IMG/VR virus record: IMGVR_UViG_2617271087_000004
DNA from: a virus
Lineage: Duplodnaviria; Heunggongvirae; Uroviricota; Caudoviricetes
Strand: one strand, 5' to 3'
Length of the DNA stretch: 64,000 nucleotides
Position numbers and translations under genes: made by a program. This document shows positions 33,603-44,046 of the stretch, in pieces. The notes below the pieces were generated by a model. It did not search any database and was not told where the DNA came from. It worked only from the letters and a program-made list of their open reading frames with translations. Within the stretch, counting starts at the first letter, position 1; the number at the start of each line of letters is the position of its first letter.

Positions 33603-34055
33603 TCAGATACGTGCGGATGTGGCATTACCGTAATGACGGTGCTGACGGACCACCTTATTGAAAAGTTGACGCGCCATCACCCAAGGCTGGTGCTCCCGGC
33701 GTTCCTTTTCGTCCTGCGTCATATAGAGTTCGTTCTGGAGTTTTTCATCAAACCGGCGCGGAGCGCGGCTGCGGCGAAAGAATTCAGGATTCAGAGAGTG
33801 GATCTGAAATCTACGTGGGCGTGTACTGTCATCAATCAAAACAGACGAATACTTAGACACAGCGATAGCCTTTAAGCGCAGATAAACATCGCGCTTATCG
33901 ACATCCAGATGCGGGTATTCCTTTTCAAGAATTGCTGCGAGTTCTTTCGCTGATAGAAGAGATTTAGTGCGGATCATGTAATCCGCAATCTCGTACGATG
34001 TTATTCGTGAGTGATTTATTTCCATGAAGTGGCGTCCCTGCCAGTTAAGTAACAT
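33603..34055 (-). CDS. hypothetical protein (P1 post-doc region, PdcB-like by position)
   Basis: 150-aa ORF between pacA and DUF968-like gene. Confidence 0.4.
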   Translation of the reverse strand: MLLNWQGRHFMEINHSRITSYEIADYMIRTKSLLSAKELAAILEKEYPHLDVDKRDVYLRLKAIAVSKYSSVLIDDSTRPRRFQIHSLNPEFFRRSRAPRRFDEKLQNELYMTQDEKERREHQPWVMARQLFNKVVRQHRHYGNATSARI

Positions 34056-34125
34056 CCTGTCACCTACTGATTAGCCCATGTCAACTAATCAACGTCGAAT
34101 ATAATACCCTCGATTAAAGAAATAG

Positions 34126-34142
34126 CAATACATTAGAGCAAT
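34126..34142 (-). promoter_or_regulatory. C1 operator-like 17-mer
   Basis: CAATACATTAGAGCAAT; ~75 bp upstream of ORF 33603-34055. Confidence 0.5.
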
Positions 34143-34143
34143 T

Positions 34144-35187
34144 TTATCTAACGCTCAACGAATGACTTGTGATAGCGCCGACTCCAAGCGCGTAATCAAA
34201 GAACAATCGTTGATGCATCGCCAGCCTACCGTGCGTCTTCTCCCAATTATCGCGGTCACGCTCAATATCACGCTGGCATGACTGGCACAGAGGAATAGCA
34301 TAAATGTCATGCGCGCATAATCGACTATGACGAACGATATAAGGCGTAATGTGAGCGCCAGCTCCCGCAGCTCCACAGCCACAGCATGGACGGGAAGCCA
34401 CAAAGTCCATGTACTCGGGCAATTTTAGCGATTGAAGTTTTGGTATTTTGAAATGCGCCATACCTGGGTCGGAGTCAACATCCACAGGGCATACTTTTGC
34501 ACGCATCGGCGCGGCGCGTTCTTCCATCATCTGAACATATGCTGTAGCGCGATCGTCATACGGGCGAATATCCGCCTCTTTCAGAGGTCCGCTATCCTGC
34601 GGAGTAGCCTTCATCTTATTTATTGATATGCGGCAGACTTCTTCCGGCATCAGGTGCATCATGTTGCGCATGAAAGCCCACCAGCACAGCTCCTGAATAC
34701 TTAAATCATGGCTATTTGAAAGGCCCATTTCCTGACGGGCGACATCCAGTATCCAGTTAACGCGATTATTGTGCAACGTTTCTTTCAGCTCATTAAAACC
34801 ACGCATCCGGTAATGGTTATCGTGATGCCAGCACAACAACACCGCGCTATTGTCTCGTTCAGCGTGGACAATATGGTTGTCACACCAACTACGATCTGCG
34901 GCCTGGCATTGACCCTCTTTCCTACGCAACCACGCCACCAGCGAGTCAATTCCACCAATACGGCGAAACAGTTCATCGCTGTTAAAAAACGGCTGCAACG
35001 CCTCATTTGTTGCCATGGTTTGCTCGGTAACAACGAGGCCGTCTTCCATGTGCTCGATTAACTCACGCGGCACCGGCTCCATAATAAATTTACGGCCAGC
35101 CTCCACCAGCTTTCTGACCTCCTGATCCACTTTGAACGTGGCGAGGCCAAGCTCTTTCTGTACAAAGGGAGTAATTACGGCTTTCAC
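34144..35187 (-). CDS. HNH/zinc-binding nuclease-like protein (DUF968-like, PdcA-like by position)
   Basis: 347 aa; C-terminal Cys/His cluster [40 protein letters not shown]. Confidence 0.45.
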   Translation of the reverse strand: MKAVITPFVQKELGLATFKVDQEVRKLVEAGRKFIMEPVPRELIEHMEDGLVVTEQTMATNEALQPFFNSDELFRRIGGIDSLVAWLRRKEGQCQAADRSWCDNHIVHAERDNSAVLLCWHHDNHYRMRGFNELKETLHNNRVNWILDVARQEMGLSNSHDLSIQELCWWAFMRNMMHLMPEEVCRISINKMKATPQDSGPLKEADIRPYDDRATAYVQMMEERAAPMRAKVCPVDVDSDPGMAHFKIPKLQSLKLPEYMDFVASRPCCGCGAAGAGAHITPYIVRHSRLCAHDIYAIPLCQSCQRDIERDRDNWEKTHGRLAMHQRLFFDYALGVGAITSHSLSVR

Positions 35188-35214
35188 ATCACACCTTTAA
35201 TCACTGATTGGGCT

Positions 35215-35394
35215 TTATCTGCTGCCCGGCATTCTCTGTTTAAGCACAACCATTTCCTGACGGCATAACACAGCAATAGCGGTCCTGACTCCAATTTGCT
35301 TACCAACCAGGTATTGCTTTACCTTGCGGCGACTCACGCCATCAAGAAGCATCTTTAACGCTTCACGGGACAATTTGTTGTATTTGCGTGCCAT
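35215..35394 (-). CDS. small basic protein (hypothetical)
   Basis: ORF starting MARKYNKLSREALKMLL; overlaps doc 3' end only with upstream alternative start. Confidence 0.3.
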   Translation of the reverse strand: MARKYNKLSREALKMLLDGVSRRKVKQYLVGKQIGVRTAIAVLCRQEMVVLKQRMPGSR

Positions 35395-35398
35395 TAAT

Positions 35399-35779
35399 CT
35401 ACTCCGCAGAACCATACAATCTACGTAACGTGTCGGCGACAGAAGATACAGATATCTCGCCAGTCGCAGCGCCTACGGTAAGGTCTGCCAGTTCAGGTGA
35501 ATCAAATACCTGCACCCCGTTACGGCGTAGAAATAGCAGCGCACTGTTTAGCGCGGTACGCTTATTGGCATCATTGAATATATGCCCTCTCGCTGTAGCC
35601 ACCAGGTAGGTGGCGGAGACTTCGAAAAGGTCGGTGATCTCTTCGTAGGCAACTCTGGCCTGAACTCTCCCGATAATGGCCTCTGCCCTACCCGGATCAG
35701 ACATTCCCGGCAGGCCGCCGTAGCGGCTTATATTCGCATCATGAAGCGCAACAAGTTCTTCCGGTGATATATGTCTCAT
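35399..35779 (-). CDS. doc: Doc toxin (Fic-fold kinase) of Phd-Doc addiction module
   Basis: 126 aa; [25 protein letters not shown]...[11 protein letters not shown]; stop/start overlap with phd. Confidence 0.95.
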
Positions 35780-36000
35780 TATCGGTTAACCAGTTCCTTG
35801 TTGGTGGAGTCCAGGGTGTCAAACAGGGATGCAAATTCAGCATCCAGCGCCGCTTTTTTGTAGGCTTCGAAAGTAGCCTTGCTGACAATTACTGCTGGCT
35901 CACGGCCTCTGCGGGTGATTTCAACCTCTTCCCCGGCTTCAACATTGTTGAGCACTTCAGAAAGGTTGCCACGCGCGGTACGGAAGTTAATGGATTGCAT
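35779..36000 (-). CDS. phd: Phd antitoxin
   Basis: 73 aa from [73 protein letters not shown]. Confidence 0.95.
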   Translation of the reverse strand: MQSINFRTARGNLSEVLNNVEAGEEVEITRRGREPAVIVSKATFEAYKKAALDAEFASLFDTLDSTNKELVNR

Positions 36001-36072
36001 AAACACCTCGTGTACTCGTTATGTGTACACAATTATAAACTTCACAGGCATAAAGCACCAGCACTTTGCAGC

Positions 36073-36462
36073 TTAAATAACCGGACAATCATCAAATTCC
36101 CCACTTCGGGCATCATTGATGACATGAGTGATCACACCAAAAACAGCATTACTGCCCGTGTATCCATCGTCATCTACTGGTAACGCCTCTTTCTTCCCGG
36201 TGCTTAAGTCCTCCAGGTGCTGGCGCGGATACTTCCTGTATCTCTTTATGCGATATTCACCCTCCATAGCGCACACAAGCAGAGAACCATCAACCGGAGT
36301 AAGCGAGGAATCAACCACCAGCAAAGCACCCTGCAATATTCCCTCACGGTGATGGCTATCAGCTGCCCGCATGAAGTAGGTCGCTGAAGGATGTCTAATT
36401 ATCTGCTGATCAAGAGAAATTCGGCTTTCAACATAATCCGCCGCAGGAGAAGGGAAGCCCAT
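36073..36462 (-). CDS. humD: HumD, UmuD'-like SOS mutagenesis protein
   Basis: 129 aa with S24 peptidase-like C-terminal domain; LexA box directly upstream. Confidence 0.75.
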   Translation of the reverse strand: MGFPSPAADYVESRISLDQQIIRHPSATYFMRAADSHHREGILQGALLVVDSSLTPVDGSLLVCAMEGEYRIKRYRKYPRQHLEDLSTGKKEALPVDDDGYTGSNAVFGVITHVINDARSGEFDDCPVI

Positions 36463-36480
36463 AGCGTTTTACCTCAATGA

Positions 36481-36500
36481 TACTGTTTATTCATACAGTA
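36481..36500. promoter_or_regulatory. LexA (SOS) box upstream of humD
   Basis: TACTGTttattcatACAGTA, perfect CTGT-N8-ACAG palindrome. Confidence 0.8.
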
Positions 36501-36585
36501 TACATTGAAAAGGCATAGTTTGTGAAAGCGGGGTTTGTAGGCGCGCCACGCTGGGGGCTAATCACATTTCTCCCCCATCTTGCCG

Positions 36586-36837
36586 TTATTTTTTTGGTGC
36601 ATCCTCGTTCTGATACACCGGATCGCTCCCTTTTGGCAACTGGAGGCTTAACTGCCGGTAGTGCCGTAGCCGTTCCATGAAATAGGCGCGCAGGTTTTCC
36701 GGTTGCTCACGGGCCACCTGCTCTGCAATCACAGGTATATTCAGCCGTTCTTTGTAAGCAACGCCGCTGGCGGCAAGGTCTACGTTCACCTTGTCTCGCT
36801 CTTCCTGGCTTTTAGCTGCTATATTTCGATCTGACAC
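36586..36837 (-). CDS. hot: Hot, homolog of DNA polymerase III theta subunit
   Basis: 83 aa; [43 protein letters not shown] strongly resembles E. coli HolE. Confidence 0.85.
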   Translation of the reverse strand: MSDRNIAAKSQEERDKVNVDLAASGVAYKERLNIPVIAEQVAREQPENLRAYFMERLRHYRQLSLQLPKGSDPVYQNEDAPKK

Positions 36838-37204
36838 AAGAAACCTCCAGGAGTTAGTGGATCAGGCACATGCACAATAACGTTCTCAATGTTAGCCGTT
36901 CAATTCAGACAATCAGAGACTGCACCAGTGTGGTGGCATCAATCCCATTGCGAAACAGCATAGACGAACTGCAAATTCGTGTATTGAATCCGAATCAGGC
37001 TAATAAGCAATTGCGCTTTATTTTGACGCTGAAAAGTGAAACAGAGGGGATAAAGCACAGCGTAAAAGTGTTTTCTGAGGCCATTCTGCTTAATGGGAAG
37101 CTCCGGCATCTGGTAAGGCCAGAACGTCAATATCCTGACGTCCTGGCGCGTGAAAAAGACCTTCTTTCTGAAGTTCAGGATAGGGTGATCGATTTCGTCA
37201 AATG

Positions 37205-37489
37205 CTATCCCCTGCATTGAGGGCAGGTGTTCCCTTCCGCAAAGTAGGGAAAATTGCTATCAAGTTCATCACACCATCTGCGATGGTCGTAGCACCAAAA
37301 CGCCTCCCACGGTGCACGGAAATACTTCATCCACCAGGACACTCGATCAGGTATATCTGCTGGTGGCAGTTCTTCTGGCAATAATTTGCCTGATAATTCC
37401 CTTTCCGCCCGCGACAGCATTTTTTTGAGGCTCGCGTTCTCTTTTTCAAGCTCATCTACGCGCACCTGTAATTCAGCTTTCGTTGGCAT
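37205..37489 (-). CDS. small protein with C-terminal CxxC motif (hypothetical)
   Basis: ORF from internal ATG (MPTKAELQVRVDELEKEN...CPQCRG). Confidence 0.35.
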   Translation of the reverse strand: MPTKAELQVRVDELEKENASLKKMLSRAERELSGKLLPEELPPADIPDRVSWWMKYFRAPWEAFWCYDHRRWCDELDSNFPYFAEGNTCPQCRG

Positions 37490-38123
37490 GGTCCACCTCA
37501 TGCTTTTCAGCCACCAGCGGCAATAAAGCCCTGGCCATCTTATGAACCAATAGTGCATCAATAATGCCAAGCGTATGCCCCGGCTTAATGTTTAATGCCG
37601 CCTCAAGGCGACACCTTTCCAGGCCACTTTTCTCGGCTTGTTTATGATGATCTGGTGTAATAACGTCGCCCAAAACACGGCTAATTCTTTCTCGTAATTG
37701 CTGGGTGCCAGCACACTTGATCGCTGTATCGTGGAGACGGTTAACCAGTTCGCGATAAACATGCGGCTTAATGCGGATACGTTCACCGGTGACGCCCTTT
37801 TCTGGTGCTGGCACCGAACTATCCGGAATATCCGGATAGTTGCCAGCCTCGTAAGCTACCCGCAGCCAGTGCATGAATGTTTCAATGGACACACAACCAC
37901 AGTCCACATCGATTTTCCCGCGTTGCTGTTCCAGCCAATGCTCAAAATTCAATCTACACGTATTACTTTCATGTTGCTCTTTTTGTCTCAAGGCCAGCAT
38001 CTGCTTGGCTATTTCCAATACTTCATCTGCCGTATATCCAGCACCGTGACCATACATTTCGATACGGGAAATAATCTCTGATATGCGCTCTTCAGTGATT
38101 CTGGTCATTTCTTTTTGCGCCAT
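37473..38123 (-). CDS. hypothetical protein
   Basis: 216-aa ORF, no recognised motif. Confidence 0.45.
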   Translation of the reverse strand: MAQKEMTRITEERISEIISRIEMYGHGAGYTADEVLEIAKQMLALRQKEQHESNTCRLNFEHWLEQQRGKIDVDCGCVSIETFMHWLRVAYEAGNYPDIPDSSVPAPEKGVTGERIRIKPHVYRELVNRLHDTAIKCAGTQQLRERISRVLGDVITPDHHKQAEKSGLERCRLEAALNIKPGHTLGIIDALLVHKMARALLPLVAEKHEVDHANES

Positions 38124-38479
38124 TTCTTTTCACATTCCTTAGTCCATTCTTCAATGTTCATTTTGGCAATATCAGTCATTCCATCACCTAAGAAATACTT
38201 TTTCCGGTATGTCTTGCACTTAACCCACACTACAACAGCCACCAGCCAGAAAATAAAAGGCCATACAGCAATACCAACGACAGCCGCGATAAAGCCCAAT
38301 AGCCATAAATGAAGCTCTCCAACTTCTGTTTGCGGCAATATTCTTAAAGAATTAAACAGCAGACTGAAGGAATGGTCGTATGCATTGGCGGTATAAGACA
38401 TGCAATCCATATAATTAAAGTCATAGCCTGAGGCTGCCGCCCATAATGGGCGGTCAAGAAAATGTTTTAGTGTCATCAT
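38105..38479 (-). CDS. membrane protein (hypothetical)
   Basis: 124 aa with long hydrophobic segment and Lys-rich tail. Confidence 0.45.
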   Translation of the reverse strand: MMTLKHFLDRPLWAAASGYDFNYMDCMSYTANAYDHSFSLLFNSLRILPQTEVGELHLWLLGFIAAVVGIAVWPFIFWLVAVVVWVKCKTYRKKYFLGDGMTDIAKMNIEEWTKECEKKWRKKK

Positions 38480-38485
38480 ATAAAT

Positions 38486-38875
38486 TTAAGGTTCAGACCA
38501 GTTATCTTCAATAGCAATGCTTAATCTTTGTAGCCATTCTGCTAATTTCAGCATTGCTTCTCTTTCGCTTAAACCACGAGGAAAATCATCAAGCGAAATT
38601 GTTGGCTTGAAGCCCCCGTAATTATCCATTTCAACAGTCAGATTTTGCTCCAGCACGGTATTCCTTACGCGGCTATTGTGCCGAAGCAAATATACTGAAC
38701 GTGATTTATTGGTTTTATGGTCAAACTGATATTCGGTAAGTATCATCTGGCTTTTGCCATGACTATTACCTCTCCACATACTTACCTCACTTAATAAAAC
38801 AACTCCATGCGTAGTTGATGATTTTTTCCCACGTAATATAAATCTGCACTCCGGCAGTAAAACCAAAGCCAACAA
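38486..38875 (-). CDS. hypothetical protein
   Basis: 129-aa ORF; start uncertain. Confidence 0.35.
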   Translation of the reverse strand: MLALVLLPECRFILRGKKSSTTHGVVLLSEVSMWRGNSHGKSQMILTEYQFDHKTNKSRSVYLLRHNSRVRNTVLEQNLTVEMDNYGGFKPTISLDDFPRGLSEREAMLKLAEWLQRLSIAIEDNWSEP

Positions 38876-38957
38876 TTGCTGAAAAAATCAAAACATTTAC
38901 TTTTGACATTATAAATTTTCTCTCGGTGTCGTAGGTGATAGCACCATAATTGATAAT

Positions 38958-39209
38958 TTAGTGAGTTAGCAGTTCCATTTTTTGGATGATTTCCGCATGA
39001 GCATCATCGTTATCAACACTTAGCTCGTTTAATGCTTCTCGCACTACATCAACTTCTTCAGGCTGAAAGAAGTCGTCGCGGTAATCACCAAATAGAACCG
39101 AAACCAGCCTGCCACCAGCAACATCAAGATTGGCGCTAACAGGTGGCTCTTTGCCATCCTCAAATTCGACTACAAAAGTTAATTTTCCCATCGTTACCAC
39201 CAGCGACAA
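38958..39209 (-). CDS. hypothetical acidic protein
   Basis: 83-aa ORF. Confidence 0.4.
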   Translation of the reverse strand: MSLVVTMGKLTFVVEFEDGKEPPVSANLDVAGGRLVSVLFGDYRDDFFQPEEVDVVREALNELSVDNDDAHAEIIQKMELLTH

Positions 39210-39273
39210 ATTGAATACAAACCCAGTGCTGCCGCCATCACAATTCCTACCGTTGCGAATGCTTCAGGCCAGC

Positions 39274-39903
39274 TCATTGATTCACCTCCTGCGGCGGTTC
39301 TGGTAGCGGCATCCAGTGTGACGGTTTCCACGACGCACCAGGAATTATCCACCCATCATTAGCGTCAGGATGCCCCGGGATGTAAGTAGCCCATTTCATT
39401 CGCCAGTCACCTTTCCTGTCAAACTCCACGGCAACAAGAACGGCTGTTTTGGTATTCGGCATTCGCTCACTACAGCTTATCCAACCATCCGGAGTTACCG
39501 GAACTTGCGGAATGGCTGTCTGCTCTCGAACGTCATTAGGCGCTATAGGTTCTGCTGCCAACTGACTGGCATATTTGTTAATGGTAACGATTAGCTCTTG
39601 CTCGACCTCATCCAGACAATCACCGATACCTCGCCTGTCACCGTCAAAATCATCGAAATCGGCACGAATCTTGGCAACCTCCCGGATTGCGGACAACACC
39701 TCACTAGGAATTACCGGATAGTTGGTTGACGTTTCCGCGATTTCCCGAAAATTATTGGTTGACGAATTCTTGTTTTCCCGAAAGTTTCCGGACTGAAGCA
39801 TGGCGGCGCGGCAGGCGTTCCAGCCATCTGCGTAACAATCTCTGTGTGTCTTGAAATATGTCACCGCCCTTGGTACATCGTTTACGTCTATTTCATCCGG
39901 CAC
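39274..39903 (-). CDS. DUF551-like prophage protein
   Basis: C-terminal WISCSERMP...W.PSHWMPLPEPP pattern common to DUF551 proteins. Confidence 0.5.
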   Translation of the reverse strand: MPDEIDVNDVPRAVTYFKTHRDCYADGWNACRAAMLQSGNFRENKNSSTNNFREIAETSTNYPVIPSEVLSAIREVAKIRADFDDFDGDRRGIGDCLDEVEQELIVTINKYASQLAAEPIAPNDVREQTAIPQVPVTPDGWISCSERMPNTKTAVLVAVEFDRKGDWRMKWATYIPGHPDANDGWIIPGASWKPSHWMPLPEPPQEVNQ

Positions 39904-39968
39904 AACCGGCGCAGGTGAGTCAGCATAAACAGGAATAACGTCCGGTTGCTCTTTATTGCTTTCATCCG

Positions 39969-40157
39969 TTAAAGCCCAGAATAATTTCCCGGCCGGATGT
40001 TTGAAAAATAAGCAACTGGCTCTGCTTCCAGCGATGCCAGTGCAATTCGTGCCAGTTCTTCCGCTTCTTCTGCTGGCAGTACAACGTTGCTATCAGGTCC
40101 GTATGTTTCGCGCCACTGCTTGATTGTCAGCAGTCGCTCTTTGGTAATAGTGATCAT
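39969..40157 (-). CDS. small hypothetical protein
   Basis: 62-aa ORF overlapping start of downstream gene. Confidence 0.3.
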   Translation of the reverse strand: MITITKERLLTIKQWRETYGPDSNVVLPAEEAEELARIALASLEAEPVAYFSNIRPGNYSGL

Positions 40158-40741
40158 GCCGCGTTTCCTTCTTTCTTATTAACAATTACACCGTCATATA
40201 TTTCATTAAGGTGCCCTCTCAACTCCATGCGCCTTAATGCAGATAACATGTAATCGCATTCAACCTGCTTATTTCCAGTAAATGGCTTATCGTCAGGATT
40301 ACCCCAACAGCAATTACCCTTGGGCCACCCATGTACTTTCCGTACTCTTCCGTTAACAACGTGAAGTAATCCCCAGCCAGGTGGTAAATCCTCAATTGAA
40401 ATAATTCCCGGCTCACTAATAAAGAATCGCCAGTCGCCCATGCCAAGTGAGGGATTTTTACGGAAACGCTTTTTTCTATCTGCCAACAAGTCAGCACGAG
40501 AACACTTCGCCTCTATCAGGCATGATGCTGAATTTCTGAACCCCATAGCATCTGGCTGTTCTCCGGTACTGGTTACAGCTATAAAGCGGTCATGAAAACA
40601 AACCTTGAACCCGTTGCGCTTAAGGAACTTGTACGCAATTTGACAGAGTTCGCGGTGTGTTAACGCCATATCACTCTCCTTTAGTGCGCAAATGGTTTTT
40701 CCAGCGGTTTTGCGCCGCGCTGGGCTTTTTGCAAAAACCAC
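40154..40741 (-). CDS. putative PD-(D/E)xK-fold nuclease-like protein
   Basis: D..(12 aa)..IEAKCS spacing consistent with D-x(n)-ExK; true start may be internal ATG (MALTHRE). Confidence 0.35.
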   Translation of the reverse strand: MVFAKSPARRKTAGKTICALKESDMALTHRELCQIAYKFLKRNGFKVCFHDRFIAVTSTGEQPDAMGFRNSASCLIEAKCSRADLLADRKKRFRKNPSLGMGDWRFFISEPGIISIEDLPPGWGLLHVVNGRVRKVHGWPKGNCCWGNPDDKPFTGNKQVECDYMLSALRRMELRGHLNEIYDGVIVNKKEGNAA

Positions 40742-41204
40742 AATCCATCATCCCGTAATATTTCATCAACCCCATCCGTCGGTTGCTGAGTCTCACCCAC
40801 TGCCAGACGCCAGGAGCGTTTCTACGAACTAACAGAATCTTTGCTTTACGGTTTTTCATCTTACTGCGTACCCTTTCTTCCGCCTGTTCTGTGACGCAGT
40901 AGGCTTACGCTTTGCGGCAAAAGCCACCTGACCAAATGGATGGAGTACCGCTATCTTATGGTTGCTAATAACCAGCTCCACCACACGCACAGGCCGCTGT
41001 AAAAAAAGTCGTTTTGCCTTACGGTTTTTCATCGCTTTGCTCTCCTGCGTCTCTTTGCTGCTCGTCGTGCCGCTGCAATACCGGTATGGCGGCGCTTTGG
41101 TGCCGGGATGATGTTGTCAGCCATCAGGACATGTGGCTTTGCAATTAGCGCAGAAGCCCAAAAACGAGTCGGGTACGGTAACAAGCTGATACATACCACA
41201 CGCA

Positions 41205-42023
41205 CTACTCACCTCCGTTGATACGGATGCCAGCGGCGCGGATTGCAGCGATGACCTCAGAAACTTTGTATGCCATTACCGTTTGGTAATCATCGTGAAA
41301 ATCTGTTCGATGAAGCATGCTGCTACGTTCCGGGAGCGATATTTCCCGAGCATCCAGTTCCTTAACGCGTTCCTCCAGTTCGTAGACCCTGCATTGTTCT
41401 CTATCATCAATCAGATATAACCCAAGACATTCGCTTTCTACCCAACCGCCAAAATCATGATCGTAACGCTCACATGAAAACTCACCGTCACCGTCCTTTG
41501 TTGGAATGGTGTAACTATCTAATGGGCCACCATATGTCGGCACATTTCCCAATGTTGGATGCTCAATCCACATGAAAAATGCACGTCCGGTTATTGGGCA
41601 AATATCTGGCCGCCATTGGTTACGAACAGCCTTGGTTTCGGATAATTCTTCAGCGTGTTGTTTTACTTCCTCAAGCTCAACTCTCAGCTTCCCTACCGTT
41701 AGCGCAATCTCCTCGTTCTCCTGGTCGCGGCGTTTGATGTATTGCTGGTTTCTTTCCAGCTCATCCAGCAGCGCCAAGACGGTAGCGGGATTGGCTGCGG
41801 CGATGAATTCAGCATTGGCCTGCTGTTCCATTTGGAAATCTTCATCGAAACCGCTTTCTGGATGCGCTCCTTCAATTCTGCAAATAGGAATATATCCAGC
41901 AACTTCACGATGAATTAGCGCATCATCACCATCAAATCGGCTCTCTCCATATTCGAGCGACCACTCACCACACGTTGCTTTTTCTGCCTTAGCACGCAGT
42001 GCCTGATAGTCAATCTTGCTCAC
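41205..42023 (-). CDS. Ea22/Ead-like coiled-coil protein
   Basis: N-terminal IDYQALRAKAEKA and coiled coil; paralog of adjacent gene. Confidence 0.45.
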   Translation of the reverse strand: MSKIDYQALRAKAEKATCGEWSLEYGESRFDGDDALIHREVAGYIPICRIEGAHPESGFDEDFQMEQQANAEFIAAANPATVLALLDELERNQQYIKRRDQENEEIALTVGKLRVELEEVKQHAEELSETKAVRNQWRPDICPITGRAFFMWIEHPTLGNVPTYGGPLDSYTIPTKDGDGEFSCERYDHDFGGWVESECLGLYLIDDREQCRVYELEERVKELDAREISLPERSSMLHRTDFHDDYQTVMAYKVSEVIAAIRAAGIRINGGE

Positions 42024-42577
42024 TGGTTGCCTCCTTTGCGAAGCTGGGCAGCAAAGTCAACTAACCACTCAGTCATTTCAACCTTCCCTACCAGGTCTGA
42101 ACCAGGGTGCATACAGCAATCACTCTGCGCCGCTTTGAAATCCTTATACTCATATTCTTGGGCCACCAGATTTTTTGCAGCTTCTATAGCAGCATCCACC
42201 CCCTGCGCCCGCACTTCAGACAGGAAAGCATCGGTAGCTGGAGTTTCGCTGTGGTGTAGGGCATCGTTGATAATCATTGCAGCAACACCAGCCTGCCCTG
42301 CATCCGTGACCGACACATGCTCAAGAGTTACGGCCATTGCGTGTTTCAGTCCGGCGTTCTCTGCCACCAGCGCCGCGAGATTAGTCTCAAGCTCTGCAAT
42401 ACGGCACATAGCATCAATATTTGTGTCTTCCAGCCGCTTAATTTCATCCAGTAGTGCCAGTGCCACCGATGGCGTGAACGCCATACGAAACGCCACAAAA
42501 TTTTGATGCATAGGTTCTGTTTCTACTGCAACTGCCGCATCTCGCAGTGCCTGATAGTCAATTGTCATTCTCGCCAT
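42020..42577 (-). CDS. Ea22/Ead-like protein (paralog)
   Basis: N-terminal TIDYQALRDAAVAVE shared with 41205-42023. Confidence 0.45.
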   Translation of the reverse strand: MARMTIDYQALRDAAVAVETEPMHQNFVAFRMAFTPSVALALLDEIKRLEDTNIDAMCRIAELETNLAALVAENAGLKHAMAVTLEHVSVTDAGQAGVAAMIINDALHHSETPATDAFLSEVRAQGVDAAIEAAKNLVAQEYEYKDFKAAQSDCCMHPGSDLVGKVEMTEWLVDFAAQLRKGGNQ

Positions 42578-43209
42578 CCTTCACAGTTGTAATCACTACA
42601 GCCTTCAAAATCATATGGGCTGTACTGCCAGGTTATTTTTCCGCAATGCGGACAATTCCAACGCACCTTCCCGCTTCGCGACTTCTTTCTTCTGTTCTGC
42701 TCTTTCAACCAGTCAGGCATGACCAAACCTGCGCCCTGAACCATTGTTCTGCGGCTAAAGTTATTGATATTGAACGTCCGACGCTTTGCTGCATCAGCAA
42801 TGGAAAATGGCAACCAAACTATTCCTGGTTCGTTTTTGTTGGCGACGCTAAAGATGGTCGCTTTACTGAAGTCATCTGTTGGCAATCCACCGTGTTGAAG
42901 CCAGTAAACATCGTTGCCGTTCCAGCTACCTTTTTTGTAGGCCACATACGCAGTGCAATCTGACTCAATCAGGCTTTCTGTGGGGATGTACTGGCAATCA
43001 ACGTGCCACACAGCCATTGCATCCACGCTATCAGCGCAAACAGGCTGATCGATATCTCGCCCACAATTCCAGGCTTTTTGGGCTTCTTCCAGCGTGTAAA
43101 CATGAGCGCGATCGATATCAGAACTGTAACCATTGCCGTTATGGCAATGGAATGAGGCGTTATTACCCACAGTTTCACGCAAGCACATCATGTAAAAGCG
43201 GTTATTCAC
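42565..43209 (-). CDS. hypothetical Cys-rich protein
   Basis: 214-aa ORF with C-terminal CPHCG..C..C motif. Confidence 0.4.
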   Translation of the reverse strand: MNNRFYMMCLRETVGNNASFHCHNGNGYSSDIDRAHVYTLEEAQKAWNCGRDIDQPVCADSVDAMAVWHVDCQYIPTESLIESDCTAYVAYKKGSWNGNDVYWLQHGGLPTDDFSKATIFSVANKNEPGIVWLPFSIADAAKRRTFNINNFSRRTMVQGAGLVMPDWLKEQNRRKKSRSGKVRWNCPHCGKITWQYSPYDFEGCSDYNCEGWRE

Positions 43210-43486
43210 TGGTTGCCTCCGCTTCCCACGTTTTCAGACTTTCACCACAGAACGGGCAAAATGAAACTCGAATAGGCGATTTAGAAAATTCACCAGACCG
43301 CAGCATGATCAGGTCTTGTGAATGAATTAATTCATGGTTATAGATTTTGTATTTCAGCAGACCTTTTCGCGTCGTGTATTCAGCGTCATGCTCCAGGGAT
43401 TGTGCCAACGCCGCGCACGGCTCTATCTTGTTGCCATTAATTTGGCATTTTGACTCACTCACTGGTTGCCCCCTGAATACGCTCAA
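43202..43486 (-). CDS. small hypothetical protein with CPFCG motif
   Basis: 94-aa ORF. Confidence 0.35.
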   Translation of the reverse strand: MSVFRGQPVSESKCQINGNKIEPCAALAQSLEHDAEYTTRKGLLKYKIYNHELIHSQDLIMLRSGEFSKSPIRVSFCPFCGESLKTWEAEATSE

Positions 43487-44036
43487 ACTCTATTACCCAC
43501 ACCCAAGGATTAGCGTTCCAACTATCTTCGCCATAAATTGATTTCCATAGGCTACGGAAACCTGGGTAATGCTTATCGCCAATGAGGGTCGATTCTGTTG
43601 GTGCGCCCTCAGCCCTTGCATCACATTCGCTGATATCGTTCAACCGCTCAACGCGCACGTTGGTAATTTCCAGAAGAATGCGCGATGCCCAGCGCGGCAT
43701 GTGAATTGATGGCGTCCACTTTTCTGATACTGGTTTATTACAAACCTCGACCGGAACCCGGTGCGTTTGTTCTGTCCAGGAGTTACGCACGCTTGCGCGA
43801 TAAACCAGCGTTGCGACGTCCGTCGCTTTGCCATGTACCCGGTAGGTTTCGCGAACCCAAATACGATCGCCCGGTTGACCATATGGACAATGCTTAGCAA
43901 GCAACTCTGCGGCCACTGCCCGTCCATAGAATTTTTCTTCAACAATCCTGCGAGTCTGTGTTTTATTCCCGCCAAGAATTACCCGGACCATCTCATCGTT
44001 GAAAATCATGCCGCGCTCTTTCACTTCGCCTTTCAT
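43455..44036 (-). CDS. hypothetical protein (possible ASCH/PUA-like fold)
   Basis: 193 aa; ILGGNKTQTRR resembles the GxKxxExR region of ASCH domains, weak. Confidence 0.3.
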   Translation of the reverse strand: MKGEVKERGMIFNDEMVRVILGGNKTQTRRIVEEKFYGRAVAAELLAKHCPYGQPGDRIWVRETYRVHGKATDVATLVYRASVRNSWTEQTHRVPVEVCNKPVSEKWTPSIHMPRWASRILLEITNVRVERLNDISECDARAEGAPTESTLIGDKHYPGFRSLWKSIYGEDSWNANPWVWVIEFERIQGATSE

Positions 44037-44046
44037 GCATCCCCCT

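Noticed and set aside
36870-37220. ORFs 36870-37220 (+) and 36939-37217 (-) between hot and the next leftward gene
   Set aside because: Mutually overlapping, no RBS, no motifs; more likely a promoter/leader region.
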